A stretch of 64,000 nt of DNA from Alphaproteobacteria bacterium (lineage in GTDB: Bacteria > Pseudomonadota > Alphaproteobacteria > MPNO01), in assembly GCA_965248835.1 (NCBI GenBank), contig CBDFLJ010000001.1, positions 1,472,001-1,536,000 of the forward strand, written 5' to 3'. A program made the translations under genes and the position numbers. Below are positions 19,001 to 28,284 of this stretch, in pieces. The stretch's first letter is position 1; every line of letters begins with the position of its first letter. The notes beneath the pieces are model-generated. The model was not told the DNA's origin. It did not search any database and saw only the letters and a list, made by a program, of their open reading frames with translations.

Positions 19001-20901
19001 TCACCTGCGTCGGGATCGGCGGCATGACCGGCGACGTGTTCGGCAACGCGATGCTGCTGTCGCCCCACATCAAGCTCATCGGCGCGTTCAACCACACGCA
19101 CATCTTCATCGACCCGGACCCGGACCCCGCAGCGGGCCTGCGGGAGCGCAAGCGGCTGTTCGCGCTGCCGCACCCGTCCTGGACGGACTACGAGGCGGGG
19201 CTGATCTCCAATGGCGGCGGCGTCTTCGAGCGCCGCGCGAAATCGATCAGCCTCACCGCGGAGATGCGGGCTTGCCTCGGCCTGCCCGCCGGCGATGAGA
19301 TGACCCCCAGCGGCTTGATCCGCGCGATGCTCAAGGCGCCGGTGGACCTGCTGTGGTTCGGCGGCATCGGCACCTACGTCAAGGCACGCGGGGAGGCCCA
19401 TGCCGAGGTTGGAGACCGGGCCAACGACGCGCTCAGGGTCGATGCCCACGAACTGCGCTGCCGCGTCATCGGCGAGGGGGCCAATCTGGGTTGCACGCAG
19501 CGCGGCCGGATCGCTTACGGCCTTGCGGGAGGCCGGATCAACACCGACTTCATCGACAACTCCGCCGGCGTGGCGCTGTCGGACCACGAGGTCAACATCA
19601 AGATTCTGCTGGACGAGGTGATGGCGGCCGACGCGCTCTCGCTCGCGGGGCGCGACAGGCTGTTGGGCGCGATGACCGACGAGGTCGCCCGGCATGTCCT
19701 GACCGACAACTACCGCCAGTCCATGGTGATCACCCATGCCGAAGCCCAGGGAAGCGCCCTGATCGGCGGCGCGGCGCGGCTCATCCGTGCCCTCGAGCGC
19801 GCCGGCCGCCTCGACCGTGCGGTCGAGTACTTGCCCGACGACGAGACGCTGGCCGAACGGCAGGCCGCCGGGCTCGGCCTCACCCGGCCGGAAATCGCCG
19901 TCCTGCTGGCCTATGCCAAGATGGAGCTCTACGACGAGATCCTGGTCAGCGACGTGCCCGACGATCCGTTCCTGGTCCAGGACGTCGGGCTGTACTTCCC
20001 GGAGCCGTTGCGCTCGAAATTCGCCGCGTTCGTGCCCAGCCACAGGCTGAGACGCGAGATCAGCGCAACCTATGTCACCAACAGCTTCATCAACCGGGTC
20101 GGTCCCACCTTTGTCGGCGCGGTGAGCGAGAAGACCGGTGCCTCGGCGATCGAGATCACCAAGGCCTATCTCATCACTCGCCAGGTCTTCGGCCTGCCTG
20201 CCTATTGGGCTGAAATCGAAGCGCTGGACACCAAGGTCGCCGCCGAGGTGCAGACCGCCCTCAACCGCGACATCCACCGACTGATCGGGCGGGTCACGAT
20301 CTGGATGCTGCGCGACGGACCCCGCCCGCTGGACGTGACCCGTGCGATCGGCCAGTACGAGGCCGGCATCGCCGGGCTGGCGGAGAACCTGGACCGGCTG
20401 ATCCCCGCCGACCTGTGCGGGAGCGTTGCGGCAGAAGCGCAGCGCTACGTCGCGCAGAACGTCCCGCCTGCGCTTGCCCGCCGGGTCGCGAACCTCGAGG
20501 TGCTGTTCTCCGGTTGCGACATCGTGCGCGTTGCCGCCGACAGCGGGCACGCGATCGCCGATGTCGCGGAGGTCTATTACCAGATCGGCGACCGGTTGAG
20601 CCTGGATTGGCTGCGCCAGGCCGCAATCGCCCTGCCGGCCGAGACCGACTGGCATTCGATGGCTGCCGCGGCGATCGTCGAGGACCTCTACGCCCAGCAG
20701 AGCGCGCTGACGGTGCGCATCATGGATGGCTTCGGCGGCGGTTCCGGCGGCGACACCGCGATCGAGGCGTGGTGGGTGGACAACCGGCCGCGGATCGCCC
20801 GGGCCGAGGACGTGGTGGCCGACCTGCGCGCGGCCGGTGCGGCCGATCTCGCCATGCTTACGGTGGCAAGCCGCGAGGTCCGCGCGGTGCTCGGCCGCTA
20901 G
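16072..20901 (+). CDS. gdhB: Large NAD-specific glutamate dehydrogenase
   Basis: 1609 aa; DDMPFLVDS, RGGIRWSDR, KAQMTKN, GAKGGF, VAADKGTATFSD, GYDHK, EGANLG. Confidence 0.96.
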   Translation: MRDERQVQAERIESLAEKVRRREGVEAARFLKRFYEQVAPRDLLPRAEPALVGGALSAWQLLRSRTHGTARIRVFNPDEKADGWTSPHTVVEIVNDDMPFLVDSVSAEINRQDLSIHQVIHPVVHVQRDRAGRLRSLVDPPAGGNGTIAESVMHLEVTELRRPGTLEWLQERLERVLEDVRAAVEDWSAMRLRTADLAASFDDNPPPVLDADLAEAKTFLRWLKEGNYTFIGYREYGLASDRGGTTLRLAPESGLGVLRDPKRSVLTGLADGAVVPAHVAAYMLAPSVVMVSKANGRSQVHRAVHLDTIMVKKFAAGGAVTGLRVFVGLFTSSVYHQALADIPLLSRKVDSVIGRAGLQPTSHDGMTLLNILESLPRDDLFQYSEDDLLATVQGVLDLQGRQRVALFVRRDPFGRFVSCLIYMPRERYTTQMRERMQRIVEEGFGGRVTIFYVQVSDAPHARLQFIVRIERAGDPEPDLGEIERRLVETGRDWRDELSHALVAAHGEADGLEVFDLYADAFPASYQERNGSEAALRDIAKIEAVLETGEIAADLYRPEEESANRIRFKVYHPDDQLPLSDVLPILENMGVRVINEIPHGILREAAEREVWLHDFGLETRSGREIDLDRVKANFEALFTEICRGAMEDDGFNALVAATGLDGRRVSVLRAYCKYLRQAAIPFSQAYMEATLLANPQITQSIIALFEAIFDPNTEDRRERRTRSLLGKIETALDAVENLDQDRILRRYLNVVLATLRTNYYQTEASGAPKSCISFKIDSHAIDDLPAPAPLVEIFVYSPRLEAIHLRGGKVARGGIRWSDRREDFRTEILSLMKAQMTKNSVIVPVGAKGGFVVKQPPAEGGYDALQAEGIACYRTMMSGLLDLTDNLKPGGLVHPERVVRRDGDDPYLVVAADKGTATFSDIANALARAYDFWLDDAFASGGSAGYDHKKMGITARGAWESVKRHFREIGIDTQAQDFTCVGIGGMTGDVFGNAMLLSPHIKLIGAFNHTHIFIDPDPDPAAGLRERKRLFALPHPSWTDYEAGLISNGGGVFERRAKSISLTAEMRACLGLPAGDEMTPSGLIRAMLKAPVDLLWFGGIGTYVKARGEAHAEVGDRANDALRVDAHELRCRVIGEGANLGCTQRGRIAYGLAGGRINTDFIDNSAGVALSDHEVNIKILLDEVMAADALSLAGRDRLLGAMTDEVARHVLTDNYRQSMVITHAEAQGSALIGGAARLIRALERAGRLDRAVEYLPDDETLAERQAAGLGLTRPEIAVLLAYAKMELYDEILVSDVPDDPFLVQDVGLYFPEPLRSKFAAFVPSHRLRREISATYVTNSFINRVGPTFVGAVSEKTGASAIEITKAYLITRQVFGLPAYWAEIEALDTKVAAEVQTALNRDIHRLIGRVTIWMLRDGPRPLDVTRAIGQYEAGIAGLAENLDRLIPADLCGSVAAEAQRYVAQNVPPALARRVANLEVLFSGCDIVRVAADSGHAIADVAEVYYQIGDRLSLDWLRQAAIALPAETDWHSMAAAAIVEDLYAQQSALTVRIMDGFGGGSGGDTAIEAWWVDNRPRIARAEDVVADLRAAGAADLAMLTVASREVRAVLGR

Positions 20902-20913
20902 CGCAGGGTTCGT

Positions 20914-21819
20914 TCAACAGGCGTCGGACGGGACCGGCTTGGGCCGGCAACGCGCCAGCGCCGCCAGCCCCTCGCGGTAGCTCGGATAGCGCAGCACGAT
21001 GCCGAGCTCCTGTTTGATCCGACGATTGCGCACCCGGCGGTTCTCGGAATAGAAGCGCCGCGCCGCCGGTGACAGGCGCGCGGTCTCGAACGGCTCGGCC
21101 GGCGGCGGCTCGATCCCGAGCAGGCCGGCCGCATGCGCGATCACATCGGACTGGGCCGCTGGCCGGTCGTCGCAGACATTGTAGATCGCACCGGCGCGCG
21201 GGCGCTCCATCGAGGCCAGCAGGACGCCGACGATGTCGGCGACATGGATCCGTGAGAAGATCTGGCCCGGTTTCACGATGCGCCGCGCGGTCCCGGCGCG
21301 GAGCTGGACCAGCGGGTTGCGGTCCGGCCCGTAGATCCCGACCAGGCGGAAGATATGGACGGGAATGCCGTTCATCGCGCCCAGCCTCAGCCACGCGGCC
21401 TCGGCGGACAGTCTGCGCGCGGCAGTCTGGTTGCCGGGATTCGGCACCGTGGTCTCGTCCACCCAGCCGCCGTCGCGGTTGCCGTAGACACCGGTGCTCG
21501 ACAAGTAGCCGATCCACCGAAGCGCGGGGCAGGCGGCGATATCCCGGCCATGGTGGGCGAGCGCGGGATCCCCGTCCTCGCCCGGCGGGATCGACGCCAC
21601 GATATGGGTGGTGTCCGAAAGCGCGGCGACGACATCGGCGATCGGCGTCTTACCGTCAAAGGCATGCGCGGCGATTCCCCGTGCCGCCAGACCCCTGAGG
21701 GACCGCTCGGTCCGGCCGGTGCCGGCGACCGCGATCCCGCGCGCGCCGGCGGCCGCCGCCAGACGTGCTGCGACATATCCTAGGCCGAAGCAGAAAATCG
21801 ATTCGCTCACGCCGGTCAC
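20914..21819 (-). CDS. Atypical SDR / NAD-dependent epimerase-dehydratase
   Basis: FGLGYV Rossmann motif, YLSSTGVYG, GIYGP, SRIHVADI, YPSYREG. Confidence 0.88.
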   Translation of the reverse strand: MTGVSESIFCFGLGYVAARLAAAAGARGIAVAGTGRTERSLRGLAARGIAAHAFDGKTPIADVVAALSDTTHIVASIPPGEDGDPALAHHGRDIAACPALRWIGYLSSTGVYGNRDGGWVDETTVPNPGNQTAARRLSAEAAWLRLGAMNGIPVHIFRLVGIYGPDRNPLVQLRAGTARRIVKPGQIFSRIHVADIVGVLLASMERPRAGAIYNVCDDRPAAQSDVIAHAAGLLGIEPPPAEPFETARLSPAARRFYSENRRVRNRRIKQELGIVLRYPSYREGLAALARCRPKPVPSDAC

Positions 21820-21947
21820 GAAAGCTCCCCATTCACGCCGAAACAGGTGGTGCAGGCAGATTGCTGGAATAGTATCCGGGATTGTCCCGACCCGTGCACC
21901 GGAGATGCGATTTGGCGCGGCGCAAGCCTGTGCTCGGCAAGCAGCCG

Positions 21948-22769
21948 ATGCGGATCCGTCCGATCCTTGCGGCCGCCACGGTGGGTGGCGCGATCACGGC
22001 GCTGTTGATGCCGTTGATGATGCCGAGCCACGCCGTGGCGGCAGAGAAGCAAGCCGAACGTTACGCCAAATGCATGTCGCTCGCCCGCACCGAGCCGGAG
22101 CGGGCGCAGAAGAAGGCGCACGAATGGGTGCGGCAGGACGGCGGCGATGCGGCCGAGCATTGCCTGGCGGTGGCCCTGCTCGGCCTCGGCCAGTACGAGC
22201 TTTCCGCCCGGAACCTCGAAGCCCTTTCCGAGCGGACGCGCAAGACCCGGCCGTCGCTGTCGATCGAGCTGCTGGGCCAGGCGGCCAATGCCTGGCTGAT
22301 CGCCGGCAAGCCGCAAGCCGCCTACGCTGCGCAGACCCGCGCGCTGAAGGAGCGCCCCGGCGACGTCGAGATCCTGATCGACCGCTCGATCGCCCTGGCC
22401 TCGAGCGCCAGGTACTGGGAGGCGCTCGACGACCTCAATGCCGCGCTCGATCTGGCGCCGCGCCGGGTCGATGCGCTGATCTTCCGCGCCGCGGCTTATC
22501 GCCGGCTGGATACGCTGGAGCTTGCCGAGGAAGACGTTGAGCGCGCGCTGGGCCTGGCCCCGGACAACGTCGACGGCCTGCTCGAACGCGGCAACATCCG
22601 CCGGCTCAAGGGCGATGTGGGCGGTGCCCGGTCCGACTGGATGGCGATCCTGCACATCGCGCCGGACTCGCCGGCGGCCGAATTCGCCCGTCTCAACATG
22701 GAAAAGATCGCGGTAAGGCGGGCGCCGGAACCCCCGAAGCCGAAACCGCCCGGCAAGACCAGCCGCTAG
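21948..22769 (+). CDS. Exported tetratricopeptide-repeat protein
   Basis: Signal-peptide-like N-terminus ending HAVAA; several TPR-like helical repeats (A..DL.AAL.LAP, GLLERG). Confidence 0.85.
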   Translation: MRIRPILAAATVGGAITALLMPLMMPSHAVAAEKQAERYAKCMSLARTEPERAQKKAHEWVRQDGGDAAEHCLAVALLGLGQYELSARNLEALSERTRKTRPSLSIELLGQAANAWLIAGKPQAAYAAQTRALKERPGDVEILIDRSIALASSARYWEALDDLNAALDLAPRRVDALIFRAAAYRRLDTLELAEEDVERALGLAPDNVDGLLERGNIRRLKGDVGGARSDWMAILHIAPDSPAAEFARLNMEKIAVRRAPEPPKPKPPGKTSR

Positions 22770-22802
22770 TCACCCGAATCCAAAGTTGGTGGCATAAGTT
22801 TT

Positions 22803-23232
22803 CCTGCTTATCCTCAAGAGTCATCCCGCGATGAGGAGTCGATAGAGCATGGGTTTGGTGCGTGCGGTGCTATGGACCGAGCGCGGGATCATGCTCTGGA
22901 GTTGCAAGCGCCGGTTGTAGCGCCGCCCGATCTCGCGCTTGCGGAAACCCCTGACTGGAGCCAGCTTCACCTCGCGCGGGCGTCTCTCGGGACTGGTCGA
23001 GACCGCCGCCACGATCAGGTGGATGGCTGCGAACCGGAGTGTCAGCGCCAGCTTGGTCGCGTGGAAGATCGTGCCCGCCGTGCGCGATGTCTGCTTCTTG
23101 CAGCGGTTGCATTGATAGAGGCCCCGGCCCGTCGGCACGCAATACCCCCTTGAACCCCATATCCGTGACCTCCTCATACGAAACATATGGAGCACACACA
23201 TTTCCTCAGGCCGAGCGTCACGGATAAGCAGG
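22803..23232 (-). mobile_element. Internally deleted IS1595-family element (430 bp)
   Basis: Terminal inverted repeats CCTGCTTATCC (22803-22813) and GGATAAGCAGG (23222-23232) enclosing transposase fragments; no target-site duplication seen; lower GC than flanks. Confidence 0.8.
22821..23201 (-). pseudogene. IS1595-family transposase remnant
   Basis: YQCNRCKKQTSRTAGTIFHATKL (Zn-ribbon end) joined to VKLAPVRGF and the C-terminal RYNRR segment; the DDE core is missing. Confidence 0.8.
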
Positions 23233-23317
23233 AAATTGAATAAGAATTTCGGAATACTTAACGCTTTCGGTTACTGGAATTGTCAAACAATTCAGTCGGG
23301 GTAGGGGGCGATAGGGT

Positions 23318-25180
23318 TCAGGTCCGGCTTGGTGACTCGACGGCCTGGCGGATGAGGTCGTCCGGGATGTCGTCGAAGGAGGCGTAGTTGAAGGCGTAGA
23401 GCCGCGCGTAGAGGCCCTTGGCTGCGATCAGGCTGTCGTGGGTGCCGGTCTCCACGATCCGGCCCTCATTGAGGACGATTATGCGGTCCACGCCGCGGAC
23501 GGTGGCCAGCCGGTGGGCGATGACGATGCCGGTGCGCCCCTCGAGCAGCCGGGCAAGCGCGATCTGGATCTCGCGCTCGGTATAGCTGTCGATGTTGGCG
23601 GTCGCCTCGTCGAGCACCAGGATCGGTGCATCCGCGACCAGGGCGCGCGCGAAGCTCAGCAGCTGGCGCTGGCCGAGCGAGAGGTTGCGGCCCTGCTGAT
23701 CGAGCACGGTCTCGTAGCCGTCGGCGAGTTTCGTGATGAAGTCGTGCGCGCCGACGATTTCGGCCGCGTGCACGATATCGGCGCGGCCTGCGCACTCGGT
23801 GCGGAAGCGGATATTGTCGAGCACGGTGCCGGTGAACAGGTAGGGGTCCTGGAGCACCATCGCGATGTGCCGGCCGAGCGCCGCCTTGGAATAGTCGCGC
23901 ACGTCGCGGCCGTCGATGGTGATGGCGCCGTCCCAGACCTCGTAGAACCGGTGGAGCAGCGAGGTGATCGAGGTCTTGCCCGAGCCCGTCGGCCCGACCA
24001 GGGCGACGGTCTCGCCCGGCGCGATCGCGAAGCTGACGTCCTTGAGCACCGGCTGATCCTCGGCGTAGCCGAAGCTCACGTCCTGGAAGGCGATCGCGCC
24101 CCGGATGGTCTCTGGGTCGGCCGCGTCCGGCTTGTCGGTGATGGCCAGCGGCACGTCGAGCACCTCGAAGATGCGCTGGCCCGAGGCCATCGCCCGCTGC
24201 ATCACCGAGTACTGGATGGTCAGCGAGCGGATCGGGTCGAAGAACCGCTGGACGTAGAACAGGAAGGCCACCATGACGCCGATCTCGAGCGCGCCGTCGA
24301 GCACCAGCCCGCCGCCGATCACGACGACGATCGCAAGCGCCGCCCCGGTCAGCGTGTCGACGATCGGAACCATCACCTGGGCGTATCGGGCCGAGCGCAG
24401 GTGAGCGCCGAGATTGGTGCCGGCGAGCTCGTCATAGAGTGCCGCATTGACCGCCTCGCGCCGCATTCCCTGGATTGTGCGGACGGCGTGGATCGCCTCG
24501 GCGAGAGCGCCGTTGGTCACGGAGTTGGTCTCACGCGCCCGGCGGAAGGCGTGGCGCGCACGCGGCAGCCAGACCGCGCGCACGATGGCCAGGGTCGGGA
24601 CCAGCGAGAGCGCCAGCAGGCCGAGCTCGAAGTCCAGGTTCAGCATGATCACCACGATCCCGACCAGCAGGATCATGTCGCCGAAGGCCGTCACCGAGTT
24701 CTCCAGGAACTCCTGCAGCGCGTTCACATCGCCTTGCAGCCGCGACATCATGCGGCCGACCTCGGTCTTGTCCATGAAGCCCATGGCGACGTCCTGCAGG
24801 TGGGCGAACATCGCCCGCCGCAGATCGAAGATCACCCGTTCGCCGATCAGCCCGACCACCCGGTCCTGAAGGTAGTTGGCGCCATAGCTCGCGCTGATGA
24901 CCATGGCGAAGGCGATGACGGCCGCGATCAGATCGGCCCGGTCGCCGGCGAGGATGGCGCCGTCGATCGCATGGCCGATGACCAGGGGGATCGCAAGCTG
25001 GGCGGCGGTGTAGACCAGGACCGCCGCGATCGCGAAGACGAGCCCGCCGCGGTAGGGCCGGACATAGCCCATGAAGCGGCGGACGACCTTGCGGTCGTAG
25101 AGCGCGCCGAAGATCTCTTCGTCGCGGCTGATCTGCGAGCCGACGACGGCGCGGGGCGGACGGCCGGCGAGCGAGGTCAT
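23318..25180 (-). CDS. ABC exporter half-transporter (TMD+NBD), subunit 2
   Basis: Walker A GPTGSGKT, signature LSLGQ, Walker B LVLDE, IAHR; ATG 25180 overlaps the upstream stop. Confidence 0.93.
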   Translation of the reverse strand: MTSLAGRPPRAVVGSQISRDEEIFGALYDRKVVRRFMGYVRPYRGGLVFAIAAVLVYTAAQLAIPLVIGHAIDGAILAGDRADLIAAVIAFAMVISASYGANYLQDRVVGLIGERVIFDLRRAMFAHLQDVAMGFMDKTEVGRMMSRLQGDVNALQEFLENSVTAFGDMILLVGIVVIMLNLDFELGLLALSLVPTLAIVRAVWLPRARHAFRRARETNSVTNGALAEAIHAVRTIQGMRREAVNAALYDELAGTNLGAHLRSARYAQVMVPIVDTLTGAALAIVVVIGGGLVLDGALEIGVMVAFLFYVQRFFDPIRSLTIQYSVMQRAMASGQRIFEVLDVPLAITDKPDAADPETIRGAIAFQDVSFGYAEDQPVLKDVSFAIAPGETVALVGPTGSGKTSITSLLHRFYEVWDGAITIDGRDVRDYSKAALGRHIAMVLQDPYLFTGTVLDNIRFRTECAGRADIVHAAEIVGAHDFITKLADGYETVLDQQGRNLSLGQRQLLSFARALVADAPILVLDEATANIDSYTEREIQIALARLLEGRTGIVIAHRLATVRGVDRIIVLNEGRIVETGTHDSLIAAKGLYARLYAFNYASFDDIPDDLIRQAVESPSRT

Positions 25181-27090
25181 TCCGCGGCCCCGCGGACCGC
25201 CGCGTCCCTTCCGTCGGCGTCCTGGCTCTGCAGCGCGAACAGGAAGGCGTAGTGGCCGCCCAGCGCGATCAGGCTCTTGTGGGTGCCGCGCTCGATGATC
25301 CTGCCTTCCTCCAGCACGATGATCTCGTCGGCATCGCGCAGCGCGCCCAGCCGGTGAGAGATGATGATCGTCGCCGCGGTGGCCATGGCCGGGGCGAGGG
25401 CCTGACGGATCCGGCTTTCGGTCGCGGCATCGATCGCAGCCGTCGAATCGTCCAGCACCAGGACCGACGGCGCCAGAACCGCGGTGCGCGCGATCGCAGT
25501 GCGCTGTTTCTGGCCGCCGGACAGCGACACCCCGCGCTCGCCGACCAGGGTCTCGTAGCCGTTGCGGAGCCCGCCGATGAAACCGTCGATCTGGGCCAGC
25601 GCGGCCGCCTCGCGGATCTCGCCCTCCTCGGCCCAGGGATCGCCGTAGGCGATGTTGTTCTCCAGCGAGGCGGTGAACAGGAACGGGTCCTGCGGGATCA
25701 CCCGGACGGTCCGGCGCAGCGAGTCCAGGGTGAGCGACCGGATGTCCCGCCCGTCGATGGTGATCCGCCCGGCGGTGACGTCGTAATAGCGCGGCAGCAG
25801 GTGGGCGATGGTCGACTTGCCGCTGCCGGGCGGGCCGACGATGCCCAGCGTCTTGCCGCGGCGGACCTCGAAGGAGATGGCTTGCAGAGCCGGCGGGCCG
25901 TCGCCGCCGCCATAGGCGAAGCCGACGTCTTCGAAGCGCAGCGTGCCGTCGGCGACCGCGAGCGGCTTCGCGCCCTCGGCATCGCGCACCGCGGGCTCCA
26001 GATCGAGGACCGCGAACAACCGCGCGCCGCAGGTCGACGCTCTGGCGAAGGCGTTGACCACCAGGCCGAGCTGGCGGACCGGGAGCTGCAGGATAGTGAT
26101 GAAGGTGAGGAACTCCGTCAGCATCCCGACCGACATGGTGCCGTCGATCACCCGCAGCCCGCCGACCCAGAGCACCAGCCCCATGGCGAGGAAATAGGCG
26201 AAGGTCATCTGCGTGCTGTAGCCGACCCGGGTCTTGATGCGGCTGGCGGAAAGCGCCAGCGCCTCCTCCGAAGCGGCGTCGTATTTGCGCAGCTCGTGAG
26301 GCTCGGCGCCGAAGGCGCGCACCACCCGGAGCCCGGTCAGGTTCTCGTCCATGATCCGGCCGAGCACCCCCATGCGGTCCTGGAACGCGAACCACAGATA
26401 GCGCAGCTTAAGCCTGGAGACGGCCGATCGCCACGCGACATAGGGCACGAAGCTCAGGCTGAGCAGCCCCAGAACCGGATCGGTCGAAATCAACATCCAG
26501 GCCCCGGCGCCGATCAGGATCACCAGCAGCAGAACCCGCAGGAGGCCGGTATTGACGAACATGCGCACGCCTTCGAGGTCGAGCATGCCGCGGGTGATCA
26601 GCTCTCCGGTATGGATCCGGTCGTGGAACGAGAAGCTGAGCTGCTGGAGCTTGCCGTAAAAGGCGAGCCTGAGATCGTAGGCCAGGCGGTGGCCGATGTC
26701 CTCCCCGCCGTAGTTGTGGATCAGGGTGAAGATCCCGCGCAGCATCGACGCGCCCAGCAGGAGCAGGGCGGCGTGCTCGAGCGCCTCGCGGGCGAGCGCG
26801 GGGGAGACCGACCGGTTGCCGAGAAGGCCCAGCGCACCGTCGACCGCATCGCCGACCAGCCGCGGGACGGCAAGCTGGAAGGCGGCGGCGATGACGGTCG
26901 CGACCACCGCGATCAGGACGCGATAGCGGTAGCGCAACACGATCCGCGTGATCCGCCAAAGGATTTCCGCATCGCCTGTCGGCGCTGCCTGGTCGGCGTC
27001 CGCCATGCCGGCATAGGCCTTGGCGTAAGCTCTGGGGTGCGCAGACGCTTGGCGTCCGTCCTCGCCGGCCGAGTTTGCTCGCGTGCTCAT
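25177..27090 (-). CDS. ABC exporter half-transporter (TMD+NBD), subunit 1
   Basis: Walker A GPPGSGKS, signature LSGGQ, Walker B LVLDD, ISHR; N-terminal TM helices; exact start uncertain. Confidence 0.92.
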   Translation of the reverse strand: MSTRANSAGEDGRQASAHPRAYAKAYAGMADADQAAPTGDAEILWRITRIVLRYRYRVLIAVVATVIAAAFQLAVPRLVGDAVDGALGLLGNRSVSPALAREALEHAALLLLGASMLRGIFTLIHNYGGEDIGHRLAYDLRLAFYGKLQQLSFSFHDRIHTGELITRGMLDLEGVRMFVNTGLLRVLLLVILIGAGAWMLISTDPVLGLLSLSFVPYVAWRSAVSRLKLRYLWFAFQDRMGVLGRIMDENLTGLRVVRAFGAEPHELRKYDAASEEALALSASRIKTRVGYSTQMTFAYFLAMGLVLWVGGLRVIDGTMSVGMLTEFLTFITILQLPVRQLGLVVNAFARASTCGARLFAVLDLEPAVRDAEGAKPLAVADGTLRFEDVGFAYGGGDGPPALQAISFEVRRGKTLGIVGPPGSGKSTIAHLLPRYYDVTAGRITIDGRDIRSLTLDSLRRTVRVIPQDPFLFTASLENNIAYGDPWAEEGEIREAAALAQIDGFIGGLRNGYETLVGERGVSLSGGQKQRTAIARTAVLAPSVLVLDDSTAAIDAATESRIRQALAPAMATAATIIISHRLGALRDADEIIVLEEGRIIERGTHKSLIALGGHYAFLFALQSQDADGRDAAVRGAAE

Positions 27091-27187
27091 TCGCACCCGT
27101 TATACGGCGCGATCGCCCGGGGTCCAATCTCGGCCGGCGCGCTGCTAAGGTGGTCGGCGGAAAAAGCTATCGAGGAGACGAACCGAA

Positions 27188-28159
27188 ATGACGACCGGAC
27201 CGAAGCCGCGGGTGATCGCGATCGAGGAGCACTATCTGGACGCCGCGGTCGATGAGGCCCTGGGCGGCAAGGGCGGCGGGGGCGGGCCGGTCCGCGACCG
27301 CCTGGCAGACCTCGACGGTGCGCGCATCACGGAGATGGACGAGGCCGGCATCGACGTCCAGGTGCTCTCGCACTGCCCGCCGGGCGCCCAGATCTTCGAG
27401 CCCGGCGAGGCCGGTGCGATGGCGCGCGGCATCAACGACCGGCTGCACGCGGTCGTCGAGGCCAGGCCCGACCGGTTCGGCGCCTTCGCCACCCTGCCGA
27501 CGCGCAACCCCGAGGCCTCGGCCGACGAGCTTGAGCGCTGCGTGAGCGATCTCGGCTTCAAGGGCGGCATGGTGCACGGGCTGACCGAGAACCAGTTCAT
27601 CGACATGCCGCGGTTCCGGCCGATCTTTACGCGCGCCGCCGCGCTCGACGTGCCGATCTACATCCATCCCGGCTGGCCGCATGCTGCCGTCGTGGAGGCG
27701 TATTACAAGGACTACATGGACAAACATCCGGCGATCACCACCGCCGGATGGGGCTTCACGGTCGAGACCGCGACCGCGGGCCTCAGGCTGATTCTCAGCG
27801 GGATCTTCGATGAACTCCCCGGCCTCAAGATCATCCTCGGCCATCTCGGCGAGGGCCTGCCGTTCTCGCTATGGCGGATCGATGCGTCCTTCCGCGCCTT
27901 CGCGCGGCCCGACGTCCCGGCGGTCCCGATCCGCGAGCTGTTCCGCAAGCATTTCTGGATCACCACCAGCGGCAACTTCTCCGATCCGGCACTGATGTGC
28001 TGCGCGATGGAACTCGGCATCGACCGGATCCTGTTCTCGGTCGATTGGCCCTATGTTGAGAACGCGCCCGGCACCGAATGGATGACCCGCATCCCCTTCG
28101 GCACCGAGGACCGCGAAAAGATCCTGCACGGCAACGCCGAGCGGCTGCTCAAGATGTAG
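27188..28159 (+). CDS. Amidohydrolase_2 family protein, non-oxidative aromatic decarboxylase-like (LigW / gamma-resorcylate / 2,3-DHBA decarboxylase group)
   Basis: IEEH, YIHP, GHLGE, ITTSG, FSVDWPY, NAERLL; GAGGAG RBS. Confidence 0.88.
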   Translation: MTTGPKPRVIAIEEHYLDAAVDEALGGKGGGGGPVRDRLADLDGARITEMDEAGIDVQVLSHCPPGAQIFEPGEAGAMARGINDRLHAVVEARPDRFGAFATLPTRNPEASADELERCVSDLGFKGGMVHGLTENQFIDMPRFRPIFTRAAALDVPIYIHPGWPHAAVVEAYYKDYMDKHPAITTAGWGFTVETATAGLRLILSGIFDELPGLKIILGHLGEGLPFSLWRIDASFRAFARPDVPAVPIRELFRKHFWITTSGNFSDPALMCCAMELGIDRILFSVDWPYVENAPGTEWMTRIPFGTEDREKILHGNAERLLKM

Positions 28160-28284
28160 CGCCGGCCCGGCAGTCCCGGCCGAGCGAGATGCCGCAAATG
28201 CGCAGCGGCGGACCATGTCTGCTGCCGAGTTGCCGCGCTCGGCGCACGCGGTCACAATCGCCGCGATCAAGCCATGCGGATCGG

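Noticed and set aside
19012-19110. GDH nucleotide-binding motif variants (GIGGMTGDVFGNAML, FNHTH)
   Set aside because: Catalytic motifs are intact and I cannot judge from memory whether these substitutions are rare or alter cofactor use.
23318-26395. 1025-aa ABC 'fusion' ORF, and similar N-terminal extensions (34246..35715, 43500..45668, 55107..56720, 58119..60602)
   Set aside because: The extensions overlap the upstream real gene in another frame; true starts are internal ATGs, so there is no evidence of fusion or programmed frameshift.
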